From Elusimicrobiota bacterium (lineage in GTDB: Bacteria; Elusimicrobiota; Elusimicrobia; 2-02-FULL-39-32): 64,000 nucleotides of DNA. A program made the translations under genes and the position numbers. The notes under the pieces are model-generated. The model was not told where the DNA came from and ran no database searches. It worked only from the letters and a program-made list of their open reading frames with translations. The first letter of the stretch is position 1. Each line of letters opens with the position of its first letter. Shown piece after piece: positions 29,931 through 39,268 of the stretch. Location of the stretch: the NCBI GenBank assembly GCA_016180425.1, contig JACPBF010000001.1, forward strand, positions 76,744 to 140,743, written 5' to 3'.

Positions 29931-30212
29931 GCGTTTAGCCCAGGGATGTAAATTTTTTCTACCCACCAACCCAAGCCGTAATCCCGCGGCAAATTTAGGG
30001 CAGGAGGCGAAGCACTCTCGTCCTTTAGGACAGGAGGCGTCCCAAAGGGACAGTCCCTTCCTACAAAAGAATCTTTTAAGGGTGAGGCCGTAGCGCTCTC
30101 GTGCTTTAGGACAAGTCATCATCGCAATCGATAGCCACAATATTTCTTTTTAATTTAAAAAATTATTCTACCCCCCTAACGTCCTTTTTCTTTTTTTGCT
30201 ATATGTATTTAT

Positions 30213-30862
30213 GTGGATAAGATACTTCCCCTACAAATACGAGGAAAGGAGATTGGCTCGAGGTTGATAGAAAAAGTTAAACAACTCACCCAAGAAGATT
30301 CTTCTATTAATCGCACACAACTTTCCCAATTGATCTGCCAAGAGTTTGGCTGTTTCCAACCCAATGGGAAGCCACAAGCAGTCGCATGTCGGGAGATTCT
30401 AAGACGTTTGGAGAGGATGGGATTTTTAGAGTTACCGAAGCCTCGGCATGACGGCAACAATGGTCACAAAATGCGAGAGTGTTACTTGCAGGAGGAATGG
30501 GATTTTGTGTGTCCTTCTTTAGAGGGGAGGCTCTCGAGGGAACAAGGACTTGAGCTAGAACGAGCGCGGGATCCATCCAAGTCCAAGTTTTTTCGTGAGA
30601 TGATGGTGCGATACCATTATTTAGGGTATCGTTCGATGGTTGGTGATCTATAAAATATTTAATTCGTTTAGAGGGAACTATTGTGGGAGGGATCTCCTAG
30701 GGATCAACGTCATGGAAGCTGGGCGCTCGGGATCGAACCATTGGTTGGGATCAAAATCAACGGGTAAGGAATCTTCAACATCTGGCTGGCAATCACAGAT
30801 TTCTCATTTTGCCACAGGTTCGAGTAAAGAACTTGGCAAGCGCAGTTCTATCCAGAGCGATA
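30213..30862 (+). pseudogene. DUF4338 (DruA-like / IS-associated) pseudogene
   Basis: RTQLSQLIC...QPNG...CREILRRLE...YHYLGY; frameshift near 30650; continues IKYLI...GIS*GSTSWKLGARDRTIGW...RFLILPQVRVKNLAS with TAG at 30698-30700; truncated at 30862. Confidence 0.8.
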
Positions 30863-31209
30863 AAGAAGAATGCGAAAAATATTTTGATATTCCAGATGCC
30901 CAAAAACACTACCCTGCGCGGTTCATGCTTTACGTAGCACCCGTGAAGAAAAAGCAGCAATCACACTTACCTGCCATTACCCACGCGGATGTCACCGGAC
31001 GGCTCCAAACCGTATTTAAAGAAACCAACCCGCGTTCCCACCGCCTGATTCAAAAATTTGGAGAAGCTACAGGAATTCCTGTTCTTCTCAACACCTCTTT
31101 TAACCTCAAAGGCGAACCCATTGTCAATACTCCCCAAAATGCCTACAATACAATTATGAACAGCGGCATGGATGCTTTAGTACTCAATAATTCAATAATC
31201 ACAAAATAA
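30863..31209 (+). pseudogene. 3' fragment of a second carbamoyltransferase (includes repeat copy 2, 30863-31175)
   Basis: Near-identical to 27135-27447; no own 5' end; HADG changed to HADV. Confidence 0.9.
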
Positions 31210-31282
31210 TCAGTTTTCACTAAAAAAGTAAGAACTCATAATTTTTAGTCAAATATTCTAAGTAAGACAATACCAAGATTAA

Positions 31283-31415
31283 AACAGGAAGGAAGCTCAA
31301 GCAAACAGACAGCTTTACTTTTATAGCGATGGCCATTGGAATGAAGAGGGGGCATAAATTAGCAGCAGAAATTATTTCTCATTGGCTCATGAAAAATAAA
31401 TGGCTCTGGATTTAA
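31283..31415 (+). pseudogene. C-terminal relic of an SGNH/AlgX-like protein
   Basis: QLYFYSDGHWNEEG / extra G in a G-run / HKLAAEIISHWL..*; DxHWNxxGH motif. Confidence 0.65.
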
Positions 31416-31418
31416 AAT

Positions 31419-32102
31419 ATGGAAACAATTAAAAAGATATTGCTCAAGCTAAATCTATATGAGTTTGCAAGAACCATTGTAAAGATATCTTGGAAATCTA
31501 GATTTTTATTAAGATATCCTCCCTATGATCAAAATATCCAGAGCAAGATTATCGCCTCTTTTGACCCCGTTCGATATCAAACCATTGCACTTGCGGTTCA
31601 AACCATAAAAAAAGAAAATATCCCTGGAAATTTTGCAGAGGTTGGGGTGTATCGGGGAGAAACAAGCAAATTCATACATGCATTAGACCCTGGAAGAAAG
31701 CTCTATTTATTTGATACCTTTGAAGGGTTTCCTCTCGCTGACCTTGAAAAAGAGGACACTCGTTTCCGAGATACCAATATTGAAAGAGTAAAATGGGAAC
31801 TTGGTAATTCAGATCTTTTAGTATTTAAAAAAGGCTATTTTCCCCATACTACCCAGGGGTTAGAAAAAGAGCTGTTTTCATTTGTCTTATTAGATTTAGA
31901 TCTCTTCAAATCTACTCTGGCTGGACTAATTTTTTTCTATCCTAGAATAGCGCATGGAGGATATATCTTCATTAATGACTACAACAATCCAGAATCCAAC
32001 TGGGCGGTTTCGAAAGCCGTTAAAGAATTTATGAAAGAAAAAGAAGAAAAAATAATCGAAATTCCCGATATATGGGGCTCTGTGATATTCCGCAAATTGT
32101 AA
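31419..32102 (+). CDS. TylF/MycF/NovP-family O-methyltransferase
   Basis: AEVGVYRG, FDTFEGF, KGYFP, DLDL, GGYIFINDY. Confidence 0.9.
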   Translation: METIKKILLKLNLYEFARTIVKISWKSRFLLRYPPYDQNIQSKIIASFDPVRYQTIALAVQTIKKENIPGNFAEVGVYRGETSKFIHALDPGRKLYLFDTFEGFPLADLEKEDTRFRDTNIERVKWELGNSDLLVFKKGYFPHTTQGLEKELFSFVLLDLDLFKSTLAGLIFFYPRIAHGGYIFINDYNNPESNWAVSKAVKEFMKEKEEKIIEIPDIWGSVIFRKL

Positions 32103-32126
32103 ATTCCAAAACTTTTTAAATTTAAG

Positions 32127-33266
32127 ATGCAAATCATGCTCAGGGAGATTTCAAAAAATATTTTTGTTTTCATGATCGGCTCGATTGTTTCTCTATGCTG
32201 CCTAGAACTCTTTCTACGTCTCTATAATCCCTTTGAAAGCCGAATCAAAGGTGAAAAAATCATTCTTTATAAAAATAAAAAATATGTTATACATAACAAA
32301 AAAAATTTAAAATTAGATAATCGAATTATTCATACGAAAAATTCACTGGGTTTTAGAGGCGAGGAACCGCCAAACGATTTTCATCGGTATATCAAAATCA
32401 TCACGGTTGGAGGAAGCACCACTGAATGCTTTTATCTCTCTGATCATAATACCTGGCCGTATCTCCTGGGAGAAAAATTGAAATCTCGTATAAAGCGAGT
32501 TTGGGTTAACAACGCTGGTTTTGATGGACATACCACATTCGGGCATCTTATTCTATTAGAAGACTATCTTTTAAAATTGGATATAAACGTTATCTTATTT
32601 CTTACAGGCATTAACGACATTGGGCTGGAACATCTTCATCAAAATGATCAATTAATTATCAATAAACTGCAAAAATTTGAAAATTTTAAATTTCTTCTAA
32701 AATCCATAACGTTCCACAGTGAAGTCCTAACGTTAGCACTTAATATTTATAGATATTTAAGAGGCGTAGGACACCACGCTATAAATGACTTGAAGCAACT
32801 AGGTCAAAGAGAAATTTCAAAAGATATTGAAGATAAAATTTTAAAATCAGATAAAGAGATATACTTACCTCTTTATAAAAAAAGATTAAATAAAATTATT
32901 AAAATTTGTAGAACCAAACAGATTGAACCAATTTTTATAACGCAGCCGATTCTTCCAGGTAAAGGGTTTGATGAGATTACTAAAGTTGATTTGGCAAAAA
33001 TAAGGATAGATAATTTAAATGGCGAGTTGTTATGGAAAAGACTTGAACTTTTGAATCAGACTATAAGGGACTTAGCTGATGAAAATAAAATATTTATTAT
33101 AGATTTGGCAAAAAAACTTCCAAAAAGTTCAAAATATTATTATGATTTTACGCATTTTACTAATGAGGGGGCTCAAAAAGTGTCAGATATCATATTTGAA
33201 GACTTGTTCCCTCAACTATTGAAAGAAGAGATAAAAAAAAACTCAAAAGGATTTAATAAAAGTTAA
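32127..33266 (+). CDS. Membrane-anchored SGNH/GDSL hydrolase or acyltransferase
   Basis: N-terminal TM, GGSTTE, NAGFDG, GIND, YDFTHF. Confidence 0.85.
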   Translation: MQIMLREISKNIFVFMIGSIVSLCCLELFLRLYNPFESRIKGEKIILYKNKKYVIHNKKNLKLDNRIIHTKNSLGFRGEEPPNDFHRYIKIITVGGSTTECFYLSDHNTWPYLLGEKLKSRIKRVWVNNAGFDGHTTFGHLILLEDYLLKLDINVILFLTGINDIGLEHLHQNDQLIINKLQKFENFKFLLKSITFHSEVLTLALNIYRYLRGVGHHAINDLKQLGQREISKDIEDKILKSDKEIYLPLYKKRLNKIIKICRTKQIEPIFITQPILPGKGFDEITKVDLAKIRIDNLNGELLWKRLELLNQTIRDLADENKIFIIDLAKKLPKSSKYYYDFTHFTNEGAQKVSDIIFEDLFPQLLKEEIKKNSKGFNKS

Positions 33267-33380
33267 AGTTAGTTTGATTCAAATCACTTTACTTAATAAA
33301 ATATAAATTAACGAATTTTTCGATTCAAAGATAGAATTCTCTGATGCCAAAGTAGGATTTCAATAAAGTCTGTAGTTTTT

Positions 33381-33452
33381 GGGCTCGTAGCTCAGTGGAA
33401 GAGTACCTCGTTGACACCGAGGGGGTCGACAGTTCGATCCTGTCCGAGACCA
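33381..33452 (+). tRNA. tRNA-Val (GAC), copy 2, with G3.A70 acceptor mismatch
   Basis: 70/72 identical to copy 1; 3' strand CGAGACC-A instead of CGGGCCC-A. Confidence 0.85.
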
Positions 33453-33588
33453 ATTTTTCAAAATTGCTTTCCATGAAAAAGAACCTGGTTTTATGGGGCA
33501 CTGTTTAAAATGGACCATTCAACCCGTAAAAGCGGTATATTGAAACAGGGCACGGGATACCTTTATCATTAAAAAATACGATAGCTCT

Positions 33589-34512
33589 ATGATGGAAATC
33601 TATCTTAAAAAAATTGCAGAAACCCAAAAGATTCGCGACTCTTTCAAAAAGCCACCCCTCAAAAAATTGTGTTACTATCCTATTCCCCTTATCATCTTCA
33701 AAGCAATTGAACGAATATTTCCCTCACTACGCGATTGGATTTGGGTAAAAAATAAATTATTTTTTAGTGAACCATTTTATACGTTAGGGTATTGGATTGA
33801 TTATTCGTTGTGCGGTTTTCTAACAGAAGATTATGAAGTCAGGTTGACAAAATTTCTTATTCAATCAATTAAAACTAGCGATATCTTCATGGATATCGGT
33901 GCGCACTACGGATTTTATACTTTACTTGTTCACAAACTAATCGCTCAATCCCTTGAAAGCGAGGAAGGTATCTCTTTGCGCTCAGTTTATTCCTTTGAAC
34001 CCACGCCTGAAACTTATAAAGTTCTTATAAAAAATATAGGCTGTAAAAATATTTCTGCTCATCAACTAGCTCTTTCTTCAATAAAAGGTGAAACTGAATT
34101 TATAAATTTTGATGGCATCCATAAGACACAAAATTCTCTATGTACCCATCTAGCTGCAAAAAAGGTAGGGTTAAAAAAATTTCGCATTAGTCAGGTTACG
34201 ACCACCACCATGGATGAGTTTTGTTCCAACCACCATATAACCCCAACCAAGATCAAAATGGATATTGAAGGCTCAGAATATAATGTGCTATATGGGGCAC
34301 TTCATATCCTAAAAAACCATCACCCTGTTGTGATCATGGAAATTTGGGGCAAAGGCTATAATCTCAACCATCTTAAAGGAGCAGAGCTTCTTTTCTCTTT
34401 GGATTACCATGCCTATAAAATAGATTCAAATGGGCAATTGATAATGATCCAACCCGATTATATTTCAGATTTTGAACCTTTTGCTGTTGATAATATTGTT
34501 TTTAAAAAATGA
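33589..34512 (+). CDS. FkbM-family methyltransferase
   Basis: DIGAHYGFYT, SFEP, KMDIEGSE. Confidence 0.88.
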   Translation: MMEIYLKKIAETQKIRDSFKKPPLKKLCYYPIPLIIFKAIERIFPSLRDWIWVKNKLFFSEPFYTLGYWIDYSLCGFLTEDYEVRLTKFLIQSIKTSDIFMDIGAHYGFYTLLVHKLIAQSLESEEGISLRSVYSFEPTPETYKVLIKNIGCKNISAHQLALSSIKGETEFINFDGIHKTQNSLCTHLAAKKVGLKKFRISQVTTTTMDEFCSNHHITPTKIKMDIEGSEYNVLYGALHILKNHHPVVIMEIWGKGYNLNHLKGAELLFSLDYHAYKIDSNGQLIMIQPDYISDFEPFAVDNIVFKK

Positions 34513-35612
34513 AAAAGAGAAAAATTTTATATTTGATGCACATTGATTGGAACGGAATAAAACAAAGGCCCCATTTTTTAGCTGATGAATTATCCGCTGA
34601 TTATGAGATAACGCTCCTCTACCTTAAAGCATATAAAAGATCATTTCTAACCACCAATCCCTTGCCCCTTAACATAACCATACAACCGCTCCACCACATT
34701 CCTTCCAAGCTTATCCGATATTCTTTCTTTAGAAAAATAAACGAACTCTTTCTGCGCCTTCAATGTAAGTATTTCCTTTTAAAAGACAATTTTGATTTTT
34801 TATGGCTAACTTCACCATTTTTTTTAAAACCAGTGTTGCCCTATTTAGGCAAATCCCTGATTATTTATGACTGCATGGACGATGCCATTGGGATTGAAGA
34901 TCAAGAGCTTCGTTCAGCTTTTATCAACGACGAAAAAAAACTTCTTGAAATAGCACAAGTGGTCTTTGTGACAAGCAGTGTGCTTCAAAAATCTGTTAAA
35001 GAGAAAAATATGCGATGCGACCCTTTTGTAGTTAGAAATGGTATCTCTGATTCATTTATCCGGCAAATGCAGGATCGCCGCCCTTATAGAAATCAAAACA
35101 TGAATAAAAATTTCAGGTTCCTTTATATAGGCACGGTCTCATATTGGTTTGACTATAAGGCGGTCAAGCGGCTAATCACAACCTATCCGCAATGCAGCCT
35201 CGATATTATAGGACCTGTTGAAAAGCCCTTTCCAAACGAAGAAGGTATTAATTTTCTTGGGGTATATCCGCACCATGAGCTGCCAGAGACAGCGCAAAAA
35301 TATAATGCGCTTTTAATGCCTTTCTTTCTTTCTGATTTCATACTTTCCGTAGATCCAGTCAAACTCTATGAATACATCAGTTTCGAAAAAAATATCCTTG
35401 CCAGGAAATACAAAGAAATTGAAAGATTTGAACCTTATGTTCTCTTTTATGAAACAACTGAAGATTTGATTGAAAAAGCCAGTTCTTTAATAAAAAACAA
35501 TGAATTGAAATACAACAAAGAAAGTGCAAGAGATTTTCTTTTTAACAACTCCTGGAAGGAACGAGCAGTAACCATCAAAAATGCGCTTGAATTGAAAGAA
35601 ATACTAGCTTAG
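34509..35612 (+). CDS. GT-B (GT4-like, TuaH-like) glycosyltransferase
   Basis: IDWNGIKQRPH, YDCMDD, YIGTVSYWFD, DPVKLYEY. Confidence 0.8.
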   Translation: MKKRKILYLMHIDWNGIKQRPHFLADELSADYEITLLYLKAYKRSFLTTNPLPLNITIQPLHHIPSKLIRYSFFRKINELFLRLQCKYFLLKDNFDFLWLTSPFFLKPVLPYLGKSLIIYDCMDDAIGIEDQELRSAFINDEKKLLEIAQVVFVTSSVLQKSVKEKNMRCDPFVVRNGISDSFIRQMQDRRPYRNQNMNKNFRFLYIGTVSYWFDYKAVKRLITTYPQCSLDIIGPVEKPFPNEEGINFLGVYPHHELPETAQKYNALLMPFFLSDFILSVDPVKLYEYISFEKNILARKYKEIERFEPYVLFYETTEDLIEKASSLIKNNELKYNKESARDFLFNNSWKERAVTIKNALELKEILA

Positions 35613-35637
35613 CTACTAAAATAAACATTCAGATACA

Positions 35638-37239
35638 ATGTCAACAAAATTATTTCATGCAAAATCTCTTTTTAACCAGTTCTATTATATTCTCTTTGAA
35701 GTATGTTGTGAACAGTGTTCAAAAGTTTTGTATGTTCTTGAACGATTTTTTTCATTTATCATTATCCTTGCGAATCATGTTTTTCATACTACCTTACAGC
35801 CCTTTTATATCATAAAATGGGATTACATTTTGAAAAATAGAAATGGCGCGTGGAAAATCAAACAGTGTTCAGATTATGGTTTTACAATTAATCCGTATCA
35901 TGAAAATGAACTTGAGCCCTATTTTCAACTGTCCCCACAAAAATCTTTTATTGATATTGGAGCACATGTTGGTAAATGGTCAGTGTATGCAGCTAAACAC
36001 CAACCAAAAGCCCATATATACGCTTGTGAACCAAACAGCGAAACCTATAACTATTTAATAAACAACATCCATCTAAATGCGTTGGAGCGCATCATTACTC
36101 CCCTCTCTACAGCACTTTCAAACTTTAATGGCAGAACCGGATTCATGAAAAACTCAACTTATACAAGTACCTCGCGTATCTTACCCACTGTTACCGCAAA
36201 TATGGTTGATGTTCAAACCCTGCCTTCTCTCATTGAACACAACTCCATTGATCTATCATCAATCGAATTAATTAAAATAGATACAGAAGGAGAAGAATTC
36301 AATATTCTGCAAGGTATGAGCCATCTTCTGCCTTTACTCCCTTCTGACTGCCGGATTATTTGTGAAATTCTAGACAAAAACAGTAAAAAAAATGACATTT
36401 TTAAATTTATGAGACAATATGGATACCGCGCCGATGAGCTTACCTGTGGATCAAATGTTCTTTTTCAAAAAGAGGTTCTCGTTCAGGTTTCTGTCTCTAT
36501 CCTAACCCTGAATGAAGAAAAAAACATTAAAAGGTGCCTTGAATCAGTAAAATATTTCAATGATATTGTTATTGTAGACTCAGGAAGCTCAGACCTCACC
36601 TTGGAAATTGCATCAGAATACCCCCAGGTGCGCATCTTCAAACATCCCTTGGAAAGCTATGCATACCAACGAAATTATGCTTCTTCCAAAACACTGAATC
36701 CAATGGTTTTTGTTTTGGATGCAGATGAAGAGTTAAGTACTCCTCTCTTTGAGGAGATAAAAACCATAGTTAAAAAAAAAGAATTTTCTCATGATATATT
36801 TTCTGTACAATTAGTGGATTACTTATGGTGGGATTTTGCCAGACATTCCTCTTGGGGAAGCCGTCAGTACAGACTATTTAATAAATCCAGGGCTTATTAT
36901 AAAGGGCTGGTACATGAACAACTTATTGTGCTAAGCCAAAGGATTGGAAAACTCCAAAATTCTATTTACCATAAAAGTCATAGCTCCATAGAAAAAACTC
37001 TTACTAAATTCAATCGCTATGCGGACCTTGAAGTAACGGACTACATTCGTCAGGGAGTTCGTTGGAGGTTTCTCTGGCTGCGAATTCCTTACACCTTTAC
37101 TAAATTCTTTTTTGGCGCATTGATTATTAAAGGGTTCATGCGCGATGGAACTTTAGGAATCATTTCCGCCTTTCTTTTATCGTTTTACAAAGCGCTCGTT
37201 TTAATCAAATATGCAGAACGAACCAGGCATTCCCAATAA
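35638..37239 (+). CDS. Fusion: FkbM methyltransferase plus GT2 (WaaE/KdtX-like) glycosyltransferase
   Basis: DIGAHVG...CEPN...KIDTEGEE, then ILTLNEEKNI, VDSGSSD, LDADE, VHE in one ORF. Confidence 0.8.
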   Translation: MSTKLFHAKSLFNQFYYILFEVCCEQCSKVLYVLERFFSFIIILANHVFHTTLQPFYIIKWDYILKNRNGAWKIKQCSDYGFTINPYHENELEPYFQLSPQKSFIDIGAHVGKWSVYAAKHQPKAHIYACEPNSETYNYLINNIHLNALERIITPLSTALSNFNGRTGFMKNSTYTSTSRILPTVTANMVDVQTLPSLIEHNSIDLSSIELIKIDTEGEEFNILQGMSHLLPLLPSDCRIICEILDKNSKKNDIFKFMRQYGYRADELTCGSNVLFQKEVLVQVSVSILTLNEEKNIKRCLESVKYFNDIVIVDSGSSDLTLEIASEYPQVRIFKHPLESYAYQRNYASSKTLNPMVFVLDADEELSTPLFEEIKTIVKKKEFSHDIFSVQLVDYLWWDFARHSSWGSRQYRLFNKSRAYYKGLVHEQLIVLSQRIGKLQNSIYHKSHSSIEKTLTKFNRYADLEVTDYIRQGVRWRFLWLRIPYTFTKFFFGALIIKGFMRDGTLGIISAFLLSFYKALVLIKYAERTRHSQ

Positions 37240-38173
37240 ATTAGCAGAAAAGTTCCAGGCCACCGTTGCAGTTGTGATTGTGCATTACGGAAAATTACAA
37301 AATACTTTAAAATGCGTTGAGTCGCTTCTCAAGAATCTCTACCATTCAATAGAGATTATTGTTATTTCAAATGAACCGCAAACGTTACTTCAGCTTCCAA
37401 AAGATCCTCGGATCCATTTAAATGTTCTGGAATATAATCGGGGTTTTTCTGCGGCGAATAATGTAGGGGTCCGAATTGCGCACCAGCTTAAGGCCTCCTA
37501 TATCTTTTTTCTAAATAATGACGCATCCATTGAACCTGACTGCATTCAAATTCTTATAAAGTATATGGAAACTCATCCGGAATTCAGCGCAGCAACACCC
37601 AAAGTAATGATAGCAGACGATCTCAATCGCCCATTACCTTACTCGTGCGGCGGAATTAATGCATGGTATCGTTTATATCCAAAGGAAAACCTGAATAAAG
37701 CTGAACCGGTTCCGATCCATTTTATTTCAGGATGTGCTTTTTTTATCCGTACGGAAGTGTTAAAAAGTGTCGGCGTTTGGGACGAGGACTATTTTCTATA
37801 TTGGGAAGATACAGATCTCTCATGGAGACTCATAAAAGCGGGATTCAAACCTGTCTCTATCCCTAACGCTCTGGCAACCCACCACCCAGCCCAGTCCACC
37901 GGTTACCTGTCAAAAACATATGTCTATTTTATGACCAGAAACAATTTATTGTTTATAAAAAAACATACGACTCAATCACTAAATAAATTATGCTATCTTA
38001 TTGAATTTTTTATTCGCAGGTGTGTTTGTTCTTTATGGAAATTGTTAGTTGCCGGAAAAATTAATGTATTGCCTATGATATTTTTTGGGATTATTGATTT
38101 CTTCTATGGAATTACCGGTCCTGGAAGATTGACAAAAACATTAAATGCCACTGCAGTCCCCGATAAGCACTAA
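37211..38173 (+). CDS. GT2 glycosyltransferase (WbbL/rhamnosyltransferase-like)
   Basis: NRGFSAANN, LNND, ISGC, YFLYWEDTD. Confidence 0.88.
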   Translation: MQNEPGIPNKLAEKFQATVAVVIVHYGKLQNTLKCVESLLKNLYHSIEIIVISNEPQTLLQLPKDPRIHLNVLEYNRGFSAANNVGVRIAHQLKASYIFFLNNDASIEPDCIQILIKYMETHPEFSAATPKVMIADDLNRPLPYSCGGINAWYRLYPKENLNKAEPVPIHFISGCAFFIRTEVLKSVGVWDEDYFLYWEDTDLSWRLIKAGFKPVSIPNALATHHPAQSTGYLSKTYVYFMTRNNLLFIKKHTTQSLNKLCYLIEFFIRRCVCSLWKLLVAGKINVLPMIFFGIIDFFYGITGPGRLTKTLNATAVPDKH

Positions 38174-38283
38174 ATGTCTTATTGGCAGCACATTTGTAGG
38201 CGAGGGAGATTTATATCACAGAAATCTAGAATCAACTTAGTACAAACTAACCCAAACTTCTGTTAAAATATATTATCCAAAAA

Positions 38284-39267
38284 ATGACAAAAAATAAGTT
38301 AAAAACATTTATTAAATTGGCGGACATATCCCTTTCGATGCTTTATTCTGGATTTTTGCCTAAAAAAAAGTCCCTTAGCATCTTCCTATTCCATGCTCTT
38401 TTTTGGAATAAAAGGGAAAAAGATTTAAACCTCATAGACCCAAGATTAGGAATTACTGTATCGGATTTTCGACGTTTTGTTGATTATTATTTAAACCACG
38501 GTTATAGATTTATATCGGCAAATGAAATTCTGAACAGCTCAAAACTCGATGAAAACCAGGCTCTCATTACTTTCGATGATGGCTATGCCAATAATCTACT
38601 CGCATTGCCCATACTAAATGAATTTCAAGTTCCAGCAACCTTCTTCATTTCAACTAATTATGTAAAAAATAACAAATGTTTTTGGTGGGACATTCTCTAC
38701 AGAGAAAGACGCAAAGCAGGCCTATCCTACAATGAAATATATGAAGAACAACAATCTTTGAAATCAAAAAAATATAATCATATTGAAGAATACATTACAC
38801 GATTATTTGGAAAAATCGCGTTTACCCCCGCCTCGGAGATTGATAGGCCTCTTACACCTGCTGAATTAAAAGCGTGCTCGCACAGCCAGTACCTGACTAT
38901 AGGAAATCATACAAGCGACCATATAAACTTAACAATATGTTCTAACAGTGAGATAAAATTCCAAATCATGGATGCGCAAGACTTTATTAAAAATACCACA
39001 GGAAAGAGTCCTAGTGTCATTTCTTATCCTTTTGGATCTTATTCAAACGAGATTATTAATATTGCAAAAGATAGTGGACTAAAGTTAGGCATTTCCATTA
39101 ATACAATGAAGAATGACCTTCCCATCAATTTAGAAGGAGAGAAATGCATGCGAATGGGAAGATTCACAATGTCGGCAGAGACGGATATCAGAATTCAATT
39201 AAAATTCTTTGATTCGTCAATGTTATTAATGAATAGTCTCAAAAAAAAAATTTCCAATTCTTATTAA
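38284..39267 (+). CDS. Polysaccharide deacetylase (CE4/NodB)
   Basis: ITFDDGY, ATFFI, GNHTSDH, SYPFG. Confidence 0.88.
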   Translation: MTKNKLKTFIKLADISLSMLYSGFLPKKKSLSIFLFHALFWNKREKDLNLIDPRLGITVSDFRRFVDYYLNHGYRFISANEILNSSKLDENQALITFDDGYANNLLALPILNEFQVPATFFISTNYVKNNKCFWWDILYRERRKAGLSYNEIYEEQQSLKSKKYNHIEEYITRLFGKIAFTPASEIDRPLTPAELKACSHSQYLTIGNHTSDHINLTICSNSEIKFQIMDAQDFIKNTTGKSPSVISYPFGSYSNEIINIAKDSGLKLGISINTMKNDLPINLEGEKCMRMGRFTMSAETDIRIQLKFFDSSMLLMNSLKKKISNSY

Positions 39268-39268
39268 G

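Noticed and set aside
29990..30120. CRISPR mini-array
   Set aside because: Repeats are short, degenerate and irregularly spaced; no cas genes
30213..30862. Functional Druantia defence system
   Set aside because: Only a broken DUF4338 gene; no DruE-like helicase or other partners
27135..31175. Diversity-generating retroelement (VR/TR pair at a gene 3' end)
   Set aside because: Mismatches are not adenine-specific in either direction, and no reverse transcriptase is in the window
30640..31209. 189-aa ORF from the track as a real gene
   Set aside because: Chimera of off-frame DUF4338 sequence and the carbamoyltransferase fragment
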